From NCBI GenBank assembly GCA_038087875.1, contig JAXLNO010000674.1, forward strand, positions 1 to 62,000: a DNA stretch of 62,000 nucleotides, in the 5' to 3' direction. Below, in pieces: positions 11,901 through 23,815 of this stretch (positions within the stretch are counted from its first letter, which is position 1; each line of letters begins with the position of its first letter). The notes beneath the pieces were generated by a model. The model was given only the letters and a program-made list of their open reading frames with translations, was not told where the DNA came from and made no database searches. The position numbers and the translations under genes were made by a program. The DNA is from Malacoraja senta. Its lineage: Eukaryota.

Positions 11901-12319
11901 GGTGAGTGCTTACCTGCAGTTCACCGCGTGTACTCCAGTTGACGTTGCGTGGCAACAGTACAGGTCACGGGTCGTGACCTCGACAGCCGTGCAACCTCCC
12001 TATAGTCTGGGTTGGGTCTGAACTGGGATGTCTGGAACCGGAGCTGGAATCCACAAGGTAAAAGATAGATGCGCAGGCAAGTCCCGAGAAAACAAACATG
12101 GTGTGGTAACGGATCTGGGTTACGACGTGGTCGTAGAGTCGGAGGGAAGGAGGAATCACAGAGGGGGAGCAGTGAGAGAGGATGTTGCTGAACTCTCATC
12201 GGACAGAGGAGGAAAACTTCAAAGTAGACATACCTTGAGTAGATTTCGCAGTGGAGTGGACAATATGTTTAAGAGAAACTGCAGATGCTGGTTTGGCAAG
12301 GGACCTATAAAGTTCAAAA

Positions 12320-14245
12320 AAATTAAATCGAAAGATTTCAACCCTGGTCACCAATAGCACATTTGTGAAGGGGCCATCATGGCATGTAATCCATTATGTG
12401 CCATGCCCATGCCTTGGTGTACTTCTTGTGATAAACCAATTCTGTCTCATATGGAAGGTATCAGCCGTAACCCTTTGATGGGAAGGTTGAGCACAATCTT
12501 TCCATCTGGGTCTTTGCTCTATGTATATCTGGCGGGATAGCGGGGTGTTTTGATCCATTAGCTGCTTGAGAACCAAATCTTGGTTTTAACGTCTCTGTGT
12601 TCTTGTGACTACACACACCTTTGTCATGTTTGGTGTTAAGGAGACAGCAATTTTTGCCATCAGGTCTGCCAGGTTATTCCCGTATGCATGAAGCCCCTTT
12701 TTTGTGTGGGCTCCTACATGGATTATCTCTAAATGGGGATAGGTCTTTCGTATTTTTCCTAATTATTTCCAGGCTTCAGCATGTTTAATTGCTTTTGAGC
12801 CAAGGTTTGTAAAGCCATTCTGTTGCCATAGAGTAAGATCCATTTTATATCCTTTGAATTGGACATCACTGCCACAGGCAATGATGGTCCAATTCTATAT
12901 TGCCATCGTAGAGTCTTTCCTCACCTTCTCCATCATGGTCTGGTTTGGCTCAGCCACAAACACGACATCCGGAGGCAGCAGCGAATCGTTCGTTCAGCTG
13001 AGAAGGTTGTTGGCGGCAAACTTCCCCCCCCCCCCATTGACGAACTGTACACTGCAAGGGCCAGGAAGCGAGCGGGTAAGATCATCTCTGACCCCTCTCA
13101 CCCTGGCCACAAACTCTTTGAAGCATTCCCTCTGGAAGACTGTCAAAGCCGCCACAGCCAGACATGAAAATAGCTTTAAGAAAAAACAACAAATTAAAAT
13201 ATTTTTCTCGGGTGTAATCTGGGCTCTTGCAATTGCCAAGATCACCGCCTGAACCTCTGCATATTGTGCAGAATGATGTCCCAGAGCTATTTGTAGGGTC
13301 TTTACACTTTTGAAAACTGTGGTAGATAAGAATCTTCCTATTATCACCCCGGCTCCAGCACAAGATTTAATGCCTTCTCCTTTAATTCTACATGATGGAG
13401 ATGAGCCATCACAGTAAATGACTACTTCATATTGTTTGAGAGAAAGTGTCTGTGGTATGTCTAACTGTATAGTTTCAAAAGTATTATCAGCTGCTGGTGG
13501 CAAATAGATAATGTCAATCAAATCGTAATTATATTTCCATTCTAAGGTTTCATCTAAGAGGAGGTCTGTCCATTGGTAGCATGTCTGTGTTGTACAGACA
13601 TACTGATTGTACTTCGCAGGTCGGGGATATTAGTGTGCATTTTGATTGTATGATCTCCAGAAAGTTCAGGCCTTTTGTTATGCCTGCATTGCTAATGCAA
13701 AAACATTTTCTTTTAACTTAAATTTTTGTTTGACTGTAGAGAAATTATAGGAGTAGAAACCTACTGGCTCTTTATCTCCTTTGTTGGAAAAGGTCGCTAC
13801 CCCGGTCTGTTGTCCCACTAATAATTGGACAATTAATGGAACTGACACATCCCTCTGTTATAGGTCTATTGCTGTCTGTACTGCAGCTGCCAATTTCTTC
13901 CAGGCCTCATAGTCGTGGGCCATGAAATGGACATTTTCGGTTCGACTACCATCCCCAATTATTTTGTATAACGGCTGGGAAAGTTCTGCAAAGGACGGGA
14001 CAAAGATCCTTCCAAAATTTAACAGGCCTAAGGCAGCCTGTAAGTTTTTTGAGTACTAATATAGGATATATAGGGTGTCCTATATTAGTGATTTTTTCCT
14101 GAAACTCTTCTGTTAGTCCTCTACCGTCGCCAGTCATTTTGAGTCCTGGAATGGTCACTTTGGACCTTATAAAGACTGATTTTTAATATTAATATTATAT
14201 CCATAGTCTATTAGTCTAGAAAATACTGTGTCTCTCATATGTAGG
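12320..14245 (-). mobile_element. pol: Foamy(spuma)-like endogenous retrovirus pol remnant (RT thumb, connection, RNase H, integrase N-terminus)
   Basis: Manual translation across stops/frameshifts: VFSRLIDYGYNINIK..KVTIPGLKMTGDGRGLTEEFQEKI..LQAALGLLNFGRIFVPSFAELSQPLY..KEPVGFYSYNFS..VIYCDGS..AGAGVI..LGHHSAQYAEVQAV..WQQNGFTN..IKHAEAWK..HVGAH..GNNLADLMAK..DGKIVL..LIPSI*DR..HQGMGMAHNG..YW*PGL. Colinear with foamy-virus Pol as recalled. Confidence 0.8.
12854..13180 (+). mobile_element. Rex1/Babar LINE 3' fragment inserted into the retroviral RNase H
   Basis: MMVQFYIAIVESFLTFSIMVWFGS / QRIVRSAEKVVG...IISDPSHPGHKLF match the C-terminus of the Rex1 ORFs in this window. Confidence 0.8.
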
Positions 14246-14258
14246 AGTTTGTCTAGAC

Positions 14259-14880
14259 CAGTGATTCCCAAAGTTTTGATACCCGTGTACCCGTTCATAA
14301 AGTTTCATCTTGTACCCCTCGTTAAAAACAATTGTATTTCATTGCAAAAGTTGTTAAAAATTGCATACATTTTTATTTTGGATCAAGGTATGCATGTAAA
14401 CAATGGTTTTCTATAATATAATGTATAATTACTAGAATAAAATTAATAAGGTATCCATTAAAAAAATCTTTAATTAAAATAATTTATCATCAATGTGAAG
14501 GATGAAATTGCATATGTTGGGAAAAAATGTAGGCAAAATTTGGCTCTGTACTTGTTAATTTGAACCTCAGTTGCGGTTTGACATCTAATATGTAGTTCCT
14601 CTTCTTTGAATTAACGTCCACAAGAGCAGAAAATCCAACTTCACACAGGTATGAGCTTGGAAATGGAAAAATTAACTTTAGGGCTTTATCTGACAATTCT
14701 GGAAATTCATTCTGTGTTTGTAACTAAAATGAAGATAATGTGTTCTCTTTATATTAGTTTTTTAAGAATCCATCAGAAGCTAATTCCAAAAGTTGTTCTG
14801 CTTCTGTTTGTGACAGACCTTTTGGCACTGATTGGTTGATGTTGAATGGGCATCTTATCCACTCAATATCTATAGGGCGA
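14259..14880 (-). mobile_element. hAT-Charlie DNA transposon 3' end
   Basis: TIR cagtgattcccaaa at 14259, preceded by GTCTAGAC (Charlie-type NTCTAGAN target). ORF 14490..14696 ALKLIFPFPSSYLCEVGFSAL..KKRN is the hAT C-terminal dimerisation domain. Confidence 0.85.
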
Positions 14881-15046
14881 TTGCACGGTAGATCAGAAGG
14901 TCAATGTGTGTGACCCACGGAGTCGCTCAAGCGTACTGGAGGACAAGCAAGCCTCCGGCATACACTCGTCACTCACGCAACACGTAATACCGCTATTCAA
15001 AATTTCATTCGACGTTCTTACCTGGAAAATATCAACAAAATAAAGA

Positions 15047-15275
15047 TGTGAACCAAGTTGTTTGGTGAAAGCTACAGTGTTTAAGGTGGACACTTAAAGG
15101 CGAACTTCTGTATCTGCATTAGCATCTACGAGGTCATAGTTAGACTCGGAGAGACAGTGTTGTGAACTGAGCAGGAACTTGGGAACAGTGAACCAGTTGG
15201 TGTCCATCAAATGACATGCAGAAACAGATCGTGTAGCATGATCTGCTGGATTCTGTTCCATGGACACATAGTAGC
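15047..15275 (-). mobile_element. BEL/Pao LTR retrotransposon pol fragment
   Basis: Minus translation YYVSMEQNPADHATRSVSACHLMDTNWFTVPKFL...YDLVDANADTEVR...QLGSH (NPAD motif at end of BEL RNase H). Confidence 0.75.
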
Positions 15276-16046
15276 GATGTTACAATACTTACCTTCAGCG
15301 GCACTGCAGTTCTGCCACTGGCCATGTGCTCGACTTTGGCGCCTTTGAGGGGGTGGGGGCGGGATTAAAATGCCGTTTTGTACTGCCTGTCTGAGGTGGA
15401 CTTCCTCGGGCTGCTAGCTGCTGATGAAAAATCGATCTGAATTTCGTTCACGCTATATTTAAAAAAAAATTACTGGACAATTTAATATTTGGATCAAAAT
15501 AAAAGGCGACTTCGAACGCCCTCAACGCCTACAACCTGACGGATCGCAAGAACGGGACAAAACAAAGGGTAAGTCATCTATTTTACATATAATCTTGCTT
15601 CTTGAGATGGCTTTAATCTAATTTTACGTTGCGAAAATTTTATTTGGGCCCCATACGAACCAGCAGTGTTTTTCCTGCCGATATGGTGTTCAAATTCATT
15701 GCAAATGCAACGTTCCAATCGATCGCGTTCCAGAAGCAAGATGATTAAAATGCCCATTCTATTTGGACAATCATGTCATAAGCCGTCCAAATTGTCTATA
15801 TTTTGTGTTATTCTCTCTCATTGATCATTATTTTAAACTAAATATTCACAACAGTTTGAGTCACATGTATTGTGCAAAAAACAATAATTTTGATTATATT
15901 TTGAGGGGATGTTTCTGATTAATTTATGGGAATTAAACATTAAATTCCTTCCATCTGGCATATAAATTCATGACAGTGAAATTTAAAAATCATGTTATAT
16001 TGTGAATTCCTGTGTGAATGGGATTAGTTTGTTATTTGGATACTAA

Positions 16047-16563
16047 AGGGCCTGTCCCACCAGCATGCGATAGCATGCGTCTAGCGCGACCGAACGAGGT
16101 CGCTTGACGCGTACGGCCTCGCGGGGCCGGTCCCACTTCGATCGCCGTAGGCGTATGGAGTTGTGCAGGGCTGGTCCCGACATCGCGCGGGGCTCCAAAA
16201 ATCTTGCACTGTCCGAAAATCCCGCGCGACAATGGCCTGTCGGCCCGCAGCTGCATTGAGGCCGTACGCAGCGCCTCGATGGGCGTACGCAGCGCCTTGA
16301 CGTCGTATGCAGCGTCTTGACGGCGTACACCTAGCGCGTGGCATTGCGCGATGACGTCACCGCCCGACGTCGTGCGACGTCCAAACTTAGTCGGCCCGCC
16401 TCTTGCCCAGCTGACTGGTGAGTATGATATCGGGACCAGCCCCGCACAACTCCATACGCCTACGGCGATCGAAGTGGGACTGGCCCCGCGAGGCCGTACG
16501 CCTCAAGCCACCACGTTTGGTCGCGCTAGATGCATGCAATCGCATGCTGGTGGGACAGGCCCT
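16047..16563. mobile_element. PIF/Harbinger-type MITE with ~140-bp TIRs and TAA target duplication
   Basis: taa|agggcctgtcccaccagcatgcga ... tcgcatgctggtgggacaggccct|taa; long near-perfect inverted arms; internal ~21-bp tandem repeats (cgtacgcagcgcc...). Confidence 0.9.
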
Positions 16564-16659
16564 TAAGGCTTTTTTTAAAAATCCTTTTCTTAAGAAATGG
16601 AATCTACAGGACATTCTTAATGGGAAAGTAGTGGGCAGAAAATGGGCAGAAAATTCTTT

Positions 16660-17072
16660 GCTGTTTATGGACTGGGCGTTGAGATGAGGTAGGCCATGAT
16701 GTCCATGGAATTAAGTTCTGGCAGTTGGGAGATGTCATGGGATGTCTCAGCTTCAGGCACTAAATAATGATCAATACCATTTAAGGAGACTTTTTGGACA
16801 TATTGTTCGTACTCCTCAGCTGCGAGATTTGAGGCATACTGCGAACGGATACGGGGGCAGAGGACGGGCTCGCTACACTGGAAGCCATGGTGAGTGCATA
16901 CCTGCAGTTCACCGCGTGTACTCCAGTTGGCGTTGCATGGCAACAGTACGGGTCATGGGTCGTGACCTCGACAGCCGTGCAACCTCCCTATAGTCTGGGT
17001 TGGGTCTGAACTGGGATGTCTGGAACCGGAGCTGGAATCCACGAGGTAAAAGATGGATGCGCAGGCAAGTCT
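16660..17072 (-). repeat. Direct second copy of SWIM-gene exon 1 / 5' region (11665-12085)
   Basis: Near-identical sequence (aaaattctttgctg...gatgcgcaggcaagtc); ORF 16665..16943 repeats SQYASNLAAEEYEQYVQKVSLNGIDHYL. Confidence 0.9.
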
Positions 17073-17149
17073 CGATGGTCAGCGTGGACTCGGTGGGCGG
17101 AAGGGCCTGTTTCCACGCTGTATCTCCAAACTAAACAGACATAGTAATG

Positions 17150-17425
17150 CAGCAGGTAGAGCTGCTGCATCACAGCGCCAGAAACCCAGGTTCGATCCTG
17201 ACCTTGGGTGCTGTATGTGTGGAGTTTGCATGTTCTCCCTGTGACCATGTGGGTTTCCTCGAAAGACATGTAGGTTTGTAGGTTAATTGGCTGTAAATTG
17301 CCCCTCGCGTGTGGGGAGTGGATGAGAAAGTAAAATATCATAGAACTAGTGTGAATGGGTGATCGATGGTTGGCGTGGACTCGGTGGGCCGAAGGGCCTG
17401 TTTCCATGCTGTATCTTTCAATCAA
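17150..17425 (+). mobile_element. HE1/V-SINE-type SINE
   Basis: Same head/core/tail as 9444-9733, ending (tcaa)n. Confidence 0.8.
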
Positions 17426-17699
17426 TCATTTGTTCACCCGACTGCAGGCTGCAATGCACTACGTTTAAAATGAGTACTTCACAAATTTCTTGTCACCAGA
17501 TCTCTTTTAATGAAAGTGGATTTGATTCTGGGTAATTACATATTAATATAAAATAACTTCATGGCTGGTTGAAGCACGTCATAAAGAGAGAATTGCTCCC
17601 AGCTAAAGATCAACAGTCACAGACACTTGGCACCTGTTGATAAACTAAACGCAGACATTTATAACAGGTCACGTTAGACAAGAATAGACAATCATTTTT

Positions 17700-18000
17700 A
17701 TTCAGTGTATGAGAACCAAGAACACAAGGACACAGGTTGAAGGCGAAGGGTGAAAGATTTAATGGGAACCTGGGGGGCAACCATTTCACACAGAGTGTAA
17801 TGGGTATATGGAACCAGCTGCCAGAGGAGGTAGTTGAGGCAGGTATTATAACAACATTTAAAAGACACTTGGACAGGTTCATGGATAGGAAATGTTTAGA
17901 GGGATATGGGCCAAATGCGATTATTGTGGATGGGTATCTTGGTTAGCATGGACGGGTTGGGCCGAAGAGTCAGTTTCCGTGCTGTGTGACTCCATGACTC
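17700..18000 (+). mobile_element. CR1/HER1 3' fragment
   Basis: GERFNGNLGGNHFTQSVMGIWNQLPEEVVEAG..FKRHLDRFMD. Confidence 0.8.
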
Positions 18001-18529
18001 TTCGATGCCCTTGCGATTCAAGATGTCCAGATGCTCTTGTGTGTGGACAACGACCTCCACTATTCCCTCAGGCAGAGCATTCCAGATTCCAGCCCCTATC
18101 TGGAGAAAATCCCCCCCCCAAATCTTTCTAAGCCTTCCACCTTGATTTATTATATCGTCTGAAAAAGGGTCGAAACCCAATATGTCACCTATCCATGTCA
18201 TCCAGAGATGCCACCTGACACTCTGAATTACTGCATCATTTTAGACAATAGGTGCAGGAGTAGGCCCATTTGGCCCTTCGAGCCAGCACCACCCTTCAAT
18301 TTGTGTCTTTCCTTGATAAACCAGTATCTACAGTTCCTCATTCCTGCATGGAAACAGGCCCTTCGGCCCATTGAGTCCATGCAGATAATCGATCGTGTTC
18401 ACACTATTTCCTTGTCTTTATACATTGATACTATCCCCCTTTATGTAAACACACCACCATGGGAAAAAGCTTCTCACTAACCATCCAAAATACACCTCAT
18501 AATTTTGTATATCTCGCCCATCACTGGGC

Positions 18530-18792
18530 AGCACCGTGGCGCAGCGGTAGTGTTGCTGCCTCACAGCACCAGACCCAGGTTCAATTCCGACTATGGGTGC
18601 TGTCTTTACGGAGTTCGCACGTTCTCCCTCTGACCGCATGGGTTTCCTTCCACATTCCAAAGACGTGCAGGTTTGATGGTTAATTGGCATCGGTAAAATT
18701 GTCCCTAGTGTGTAGGGTAGTGCAAGTGCATTGGGATCACTGGTCAGTGTGGACTCCGTGGACCGAAGGGCCTGTTTCTGTGCTGTATCTAT
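18530..18792 (+). mobile_element. HE1/V-SINE-type SINE
   Basis: gtggcgcagcggtag...ggttcaattcc...cacattccaaagacgtgcagg...gaagggcctgtttctgtgctgtatct. Confidence 0.8.
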
Positions 18793-19269
18793 AACAAAAC
18801 ACCGTCTCCTGTATAACCAAGTCTCCAGTCCAGCCAAGCTCTATGTGTAAAAAAACAAACAGCTGATATACCCAGCGGGCCAGGCAGCATCTGTGGAGGG
18901 AATGGACGGTTCCTCTCCTCTCTGTCCCTGAGGCTGGGTCAGAGTGCGATGCAAATTGTGCTCTGGAAACAGTCACATAACATCACACGTATTATGTAGA
19001 CGGGACACACGAAGCAGTAAATGCCGGAACCCGGAGCGACAACGTGCTGGATCAACTCTGAGGGTCGGGCAGCATCTGTAGAGGCAAATTGACAGGCGAC
19101 GTTTCAGGGCGGAACTCTTCTTTGGAGCGATGGAGTAGAGCGGAGAAATATGGTAGAGAGAGATGTGAGGGGAAGGGGTGGGGCAGGAGGTGGCAAGTGA
19201 TAGGTGGAAGCAGTGAAACAGTAGATGCTGGTATACAAAAAAAGGACACAAAGATTTGGAGTAACTCAG

Positions 19270-19705
19270 TGGCAGGCAAGGTAGGCACTGCCTAGCCTGA
19301 CTAAAATTATAAAATATAATTATTAAATCTAAATAGTAAAGGCATGGGAGAATTATGCCTATCTAAGCGATCGATCTCTTAGGTGGGCATAATTCTCTGT
19401 GCCTTTCATCCGCAGCGCTTGCAACACACGAAGGTCTGTGCAGCCCACGTGCCGTCAGCACTGCTTCAAGCCGTCAATGACAAGCGGGGCTGAAGGCAGC
19501 TGAAATTCTGCCTTTGCAATACTGCGCAGGTGCACCAGCCTACTGCACATACGCAGCGCTAGTTTCTTGGCGGGTTTTTCAAATATGGATTGTTATTATC
19601 TTAAGTGTATCTTAGCAAACAAAGAGATAAGAATGGAGTTTGTGTACCAATAATGAGGTCGGTAAATCTCTTGGTGCTATATGTCTTTAAATACCGTATT
19701 TCGTG
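19270..19705. mobile_element. Inverted copy of the DNA-transposon end at 10570-11005
   Basis: Reverse-complement similarity over ~430 bp, including the palindrome (19338-19406). Confidence 0.75.
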
Positions 19706-20586
19706 TGGGGGGGGGGGAGAGGAAGAGCTCCTTTCACAGTGTTTGGGGAGTCTGGGTAAATTTGTGGGGATGGTAGGAGCATTGTGAAAGAGGGGGTCGG
19801 GGATTATGCCAGTAACCCACTTGCGACGCTCCGGGCACGAAGCCACCGCATTGTGGCTGGGGAGTGAATTAGCTCGGGTGGCTGCGAGCGGCCGCTGGGA
19901 CGGACAGCCCCTTCTGCCGGCCCCCGCTCACCTCTGGCAGTGCTCTCCGTCTGAAAACCTCTCTCCTCACAATAATTCCACTCTTTCAAATCTCTAAGGC
20001 AATTGGAAAACATTTATATAGATCAGGCATAGAATTTACATTAAATGATTCAATAACTTTATTTATAATTTGGAACACAAATCTTGCACATTTGAACAGG
20101 AGCAGTGACTATCTTTTTAAAAAAAACATGGGATCATACATCACATTACTGCCATAAATATATTGCGTAACTTCATGATTATATATATTCTTTATCAACT
20201 ATTATTTGTGCAACAAAATCTGAAGCTTAAAACATCACATTTGGAAGGTTCTCCCTCAACTTCTCAATGTTTGAGAATGATGGCAGCTTTTGTCAGTTAG
20301 CAGACCAAGGAACGTCTCAGGTGCATCTCACAATGGCTGGAGAATTACACATTAAACCCCAACTCAAGTGTAGAACCCACCCAAAGATGCCAGCTTCATA
20401 ATGGAGGTGAGGAGTTACACAAATCAGTAGCAATTAACCTTCCTCACCGACCGCTGCTTTATAATGCAGCCTGTTAGTAAAATGGGTCACCTGCCATCAA
20501 CTTGTCAGCACCATCTTGGAACATGGATCCTCGCGAGCCCTTCACCCCACTGACTCCACACCAACCATCAGCCATCCAATTTTACA

Positions 20587-23500
20587 ATAATAAATAATAT
20601 CTTTTATTGTCATTGCACATATGTGAAACGAGATGTGGTATGCAGCTTCCATCCGATGTCATAACTTAAACAACTAATAACATTGAGATTTAGATACCCC
20701 GAGAAACATGATTTATAAAAAGAACAGTAAAACAGTCAAAACAGTCTAAAGTGCAAATGTGTCTGTGCCGGGTCGATGTGCGACGTGACCATCCGAGGGA
20801 GACAGTTCATGGGGGTGGGGGGCACTCAGCAGGGCCGGTTCAGAGCAGCTATATCTCTGGGGATGAAGCTGTTCCTGAGTCTGGAGGTGCGGGCGTAGAA
20901 GGCCTTGTAACGTCTGCCTGAAGGTAGGAGTTCGAACAGTCCATTACAAGGGTGCGAGGAGTCTTTGTGGATGCTGACGGCCTTCCTGAGGCACCGTGTG
21001 TAGTAGATGCCCTCCAAGGCTGGTAGCTGTGTCCCAATAATCTTCTGCACTCTGTGGACGACGTGCTGAAGAGATCTCCTCTCCGCCTCCGTGCAGCTGA
21101 GATACCACACAGAGATGCCATATGTTAGTATGCTCTCTGTTGTTCAGCGGTAGAACGTTGTCAGCAGCTGTTGGGGCAGACCAGTCTTTTTCAATATTCT
21201 CAGGAAGAACAGTCGTTGCTGTGCCTTCTTGACCAGCGCAGCGGTGTTGGTGGACCATGTGAGGTCCTCTGAGATGTGTGTGCCCAGAAACTTAAAGCTG
21301 GACACTCTCTCCACATTGTCCCCGTAGATGGAGATTGGGGCGTATTCCCCATTATGTGTCCTCCTGAAGTCGATAATCAGCTCCTTGGTCTTGGATGAGT
21401 TTAGGGACAAGTTGTTATCTGAGCACCAGTCCGCCAGGTTCTGCAACTCCGCTCTGTAGTTTGGTGATCAGCCTGATCACCGTTGTGTCGTCTGCAAACT
21501 TGACGATGATGTTGGTGTCGAATGCAGGAACACAGTCGTGTGTGAAGAGGGAGTAGAGCATGGGGCTTAGTACACAGCCCTGTGGTGTGCCGGTGCTCAG
21601 GGTGATAGTGGAGGACAGGTGCGGGTCCAGTCTCACTGCCTGCGGTCGCTCCGTCAGAAAATTCAGGATCCAGTCGCATATCGGCGAGCTGAGGCTTAGC
21701 TGGTGGAGTTTGGTGGTGAGCTAGGTGGGGATGACCGTGTTGAAGGCAGAGCTATAGTCTATGAAGAGCATCCTCACGTACGTGCCCTGTCTTTCCAGGT
21801 GAGTCAGGACAGTGTGAAGAGCCAGAGAGATGGCATCCTCTGTGGATCTATTTGCCCTGAATGCAAATTGATGAGAGTCCAGTGAGGCAGCGATGCTGGA
21901 TTTGATGTGAGAGAGGACCAGCCTTTCAAAGCACTTCATGGGTATTGCAGTTAGGGCAACTGGGCGGTAGTCATTTAGGTTGGTGACTTCTGACATTTAC
22001 GGCACCGGCACTATGGTAGCTGTCTTCAGGCACTTGGGGACCGTTGCCAGAGATAGAAACAGGTTAAAGATCCTCGTGAATACCTCAGCCAGCTGTACAG
22101 CATAGTCCTTTAGTACCCTCCCTTGGACTCCATCCGGGCTTGCAGCCCTGCGTGGATTGATCCTACCTCCTGAGTGCTCAGTGTTAAGACCTGTCCCTCC
22201 GCCATGGCCGGGGTTATTCCACGCCTGGTGGTGTTGCCAGTTTCGAAGCGGGCAAAGAAGGTGTTTAACTCATTGGCCAGTGTGATATCACTGTGGGGGC
22301 AGGCGGGGCTGCTCTTGTAGTCAGTGATGTCCCTGCCACATGCTTCTGGTGTCTGCGGTATTGAAGTGGTCTTCCACCCTTTGCCTGTGGATGTCTTTGG
22401 CCTTTTTTATGCCTTTGTTCAGGTTTGACCTGGCAGCACTGTATGCTGAAGTGTCCCTGGACTTAAAGGCATTGTTGCGTGCCCTTAGCAGATTCTGAGC
22501 CTCCTTGTTCATCCACGGTTTCCGGTTTGGGAACATCTTTATTTTCTTGTCCACTGTGACAGTCTCCACACAGCAATTGATGTAGGAGAGCACAGTGGAT
22601 GTGTACTCCTCCAAGTCTACCTCTGTACCACTGGTAGCCTGTTGTGCAAACAGGTCCCAGTCAGTGCGATCAAAGCAGTCCTGGAGTTGTAAGGTGGCGT
22701 CCTCGGGCCATATTTTGACCGTCTTTATTGCAGGTTTGGTCTTGCGGATGAGGGGTTTGTATGCAGGCAGTAGAAACAGTGAGAGGAGATCGGATTGTCC
22801 CAGGGATGGGCGGGGGAGAGCTCTGTATGCGTCCTTGATGTTGGTGTACACTTTATCCAGCGTGTTTGAGCCCCTGGTAGGGCACTGCACATGCTGGTGG
22901 AATTTGCGGAGTGCAGCTCGTAGGTCGACCTGATTAAAGTCCCCTGCAATAATGAAGGCACCGTCGGGGTGAGCATCCTGCTGCTTACTGATGGCCGAGT
23001 GCAGCTGTGCTAGCGCTAGGTTAGCATTAGCCTGTGGTGGAATGTATACGGCCATGATGATAACCACAGTAAACTCCCGAGGCAGATAAAACAGCCTACA
23101 TTTAAGCAGTAGGTATTGCAGATCTGGGGAACAGTAGCTCTCTACTGCAGTGTGGTTGGTGCACCAGTCATTGTTGATATAGACGCAGAGCCCGCCGCTC
23201 TTGCACGATGTAGTGACCGGTTCGTTATGTCTGGAACCAGCGCGCTGAGCCAGGTCTCTGTGAAGATCAGCACACAGCAGTCTTTCAGGGATCACTGGGT
23301 GTTGATCCAGTGCCTTACCTCATCCAGCTTGTTGGTGAGTGACCGGACATTTGCGAGAAAGGCTCTTGGTAGGGATGGTCTTTGTGGAGACCTCCGTAGC
23401 CTGTCCTGCACCCCCGCTCGCCTTCCACGTTTCTGCTTTCTCTCCCGGCGCTTGCTCCATCTCCTACCCTCCGGAGTGGTGATCCAGGGGGATGTTCTGC

Positions 23501-23815
23501 CTAGCTCCATCGGGATTTTGGTGAGGGTACTGTAGTACTCATAAGCCACTTTCTCGCAGCCACGTCCGATGTTGAGCAGTTCCGTTCGGCTCCATGTGCG
23601 ACCTGTCGGGATTACGGTGCGGGTGCTGGATTTCCCCGTCCTGGTGGTGAGTCCCTTACTGAGTTTTCTGGGGGTACTGGGATTTCTAGGGGTTCTCGGG
23701 GTTCTGAGGTATTTAAGTACCTTCTTTCCACAGCCGCGTTCGGTACTGGGCTGCTCCGAATTGACTCGGACTGGGGAGCGCAAAGATGCTGCGTGTGAAA
23801 CTGCCGCCATCTTCT
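20587..23815 (-). mobile_element. Full-length but degenerate Rex1/Babar LINE
   Basis: Start aagATGGCGGCA (~23810), R-rich N-terminus, LANVRSLTNK, APE motifs (VYIPPQAN, IAGDFNQ, TLDKVY), RT ([36 protein letters not shown]), C-terminal LLPSGRRY..RLRNSFIP; several frameshifts. Confidence 0.92.

Noticed and set aside
16260..16330. CRISPR-like short repeats (also 1630-1760)
   Set aside because: Tandem repeats inside transposons without unique fixed-length spacers; eukaryotic context and no cas genes.
10570..19705. Composite transposon bounded by 430-bp inverted repeats
   Set aside because: The terminal motifs face inward (11005 and 19270) and the copies are clearly diverged; better explained as two independent insertions.
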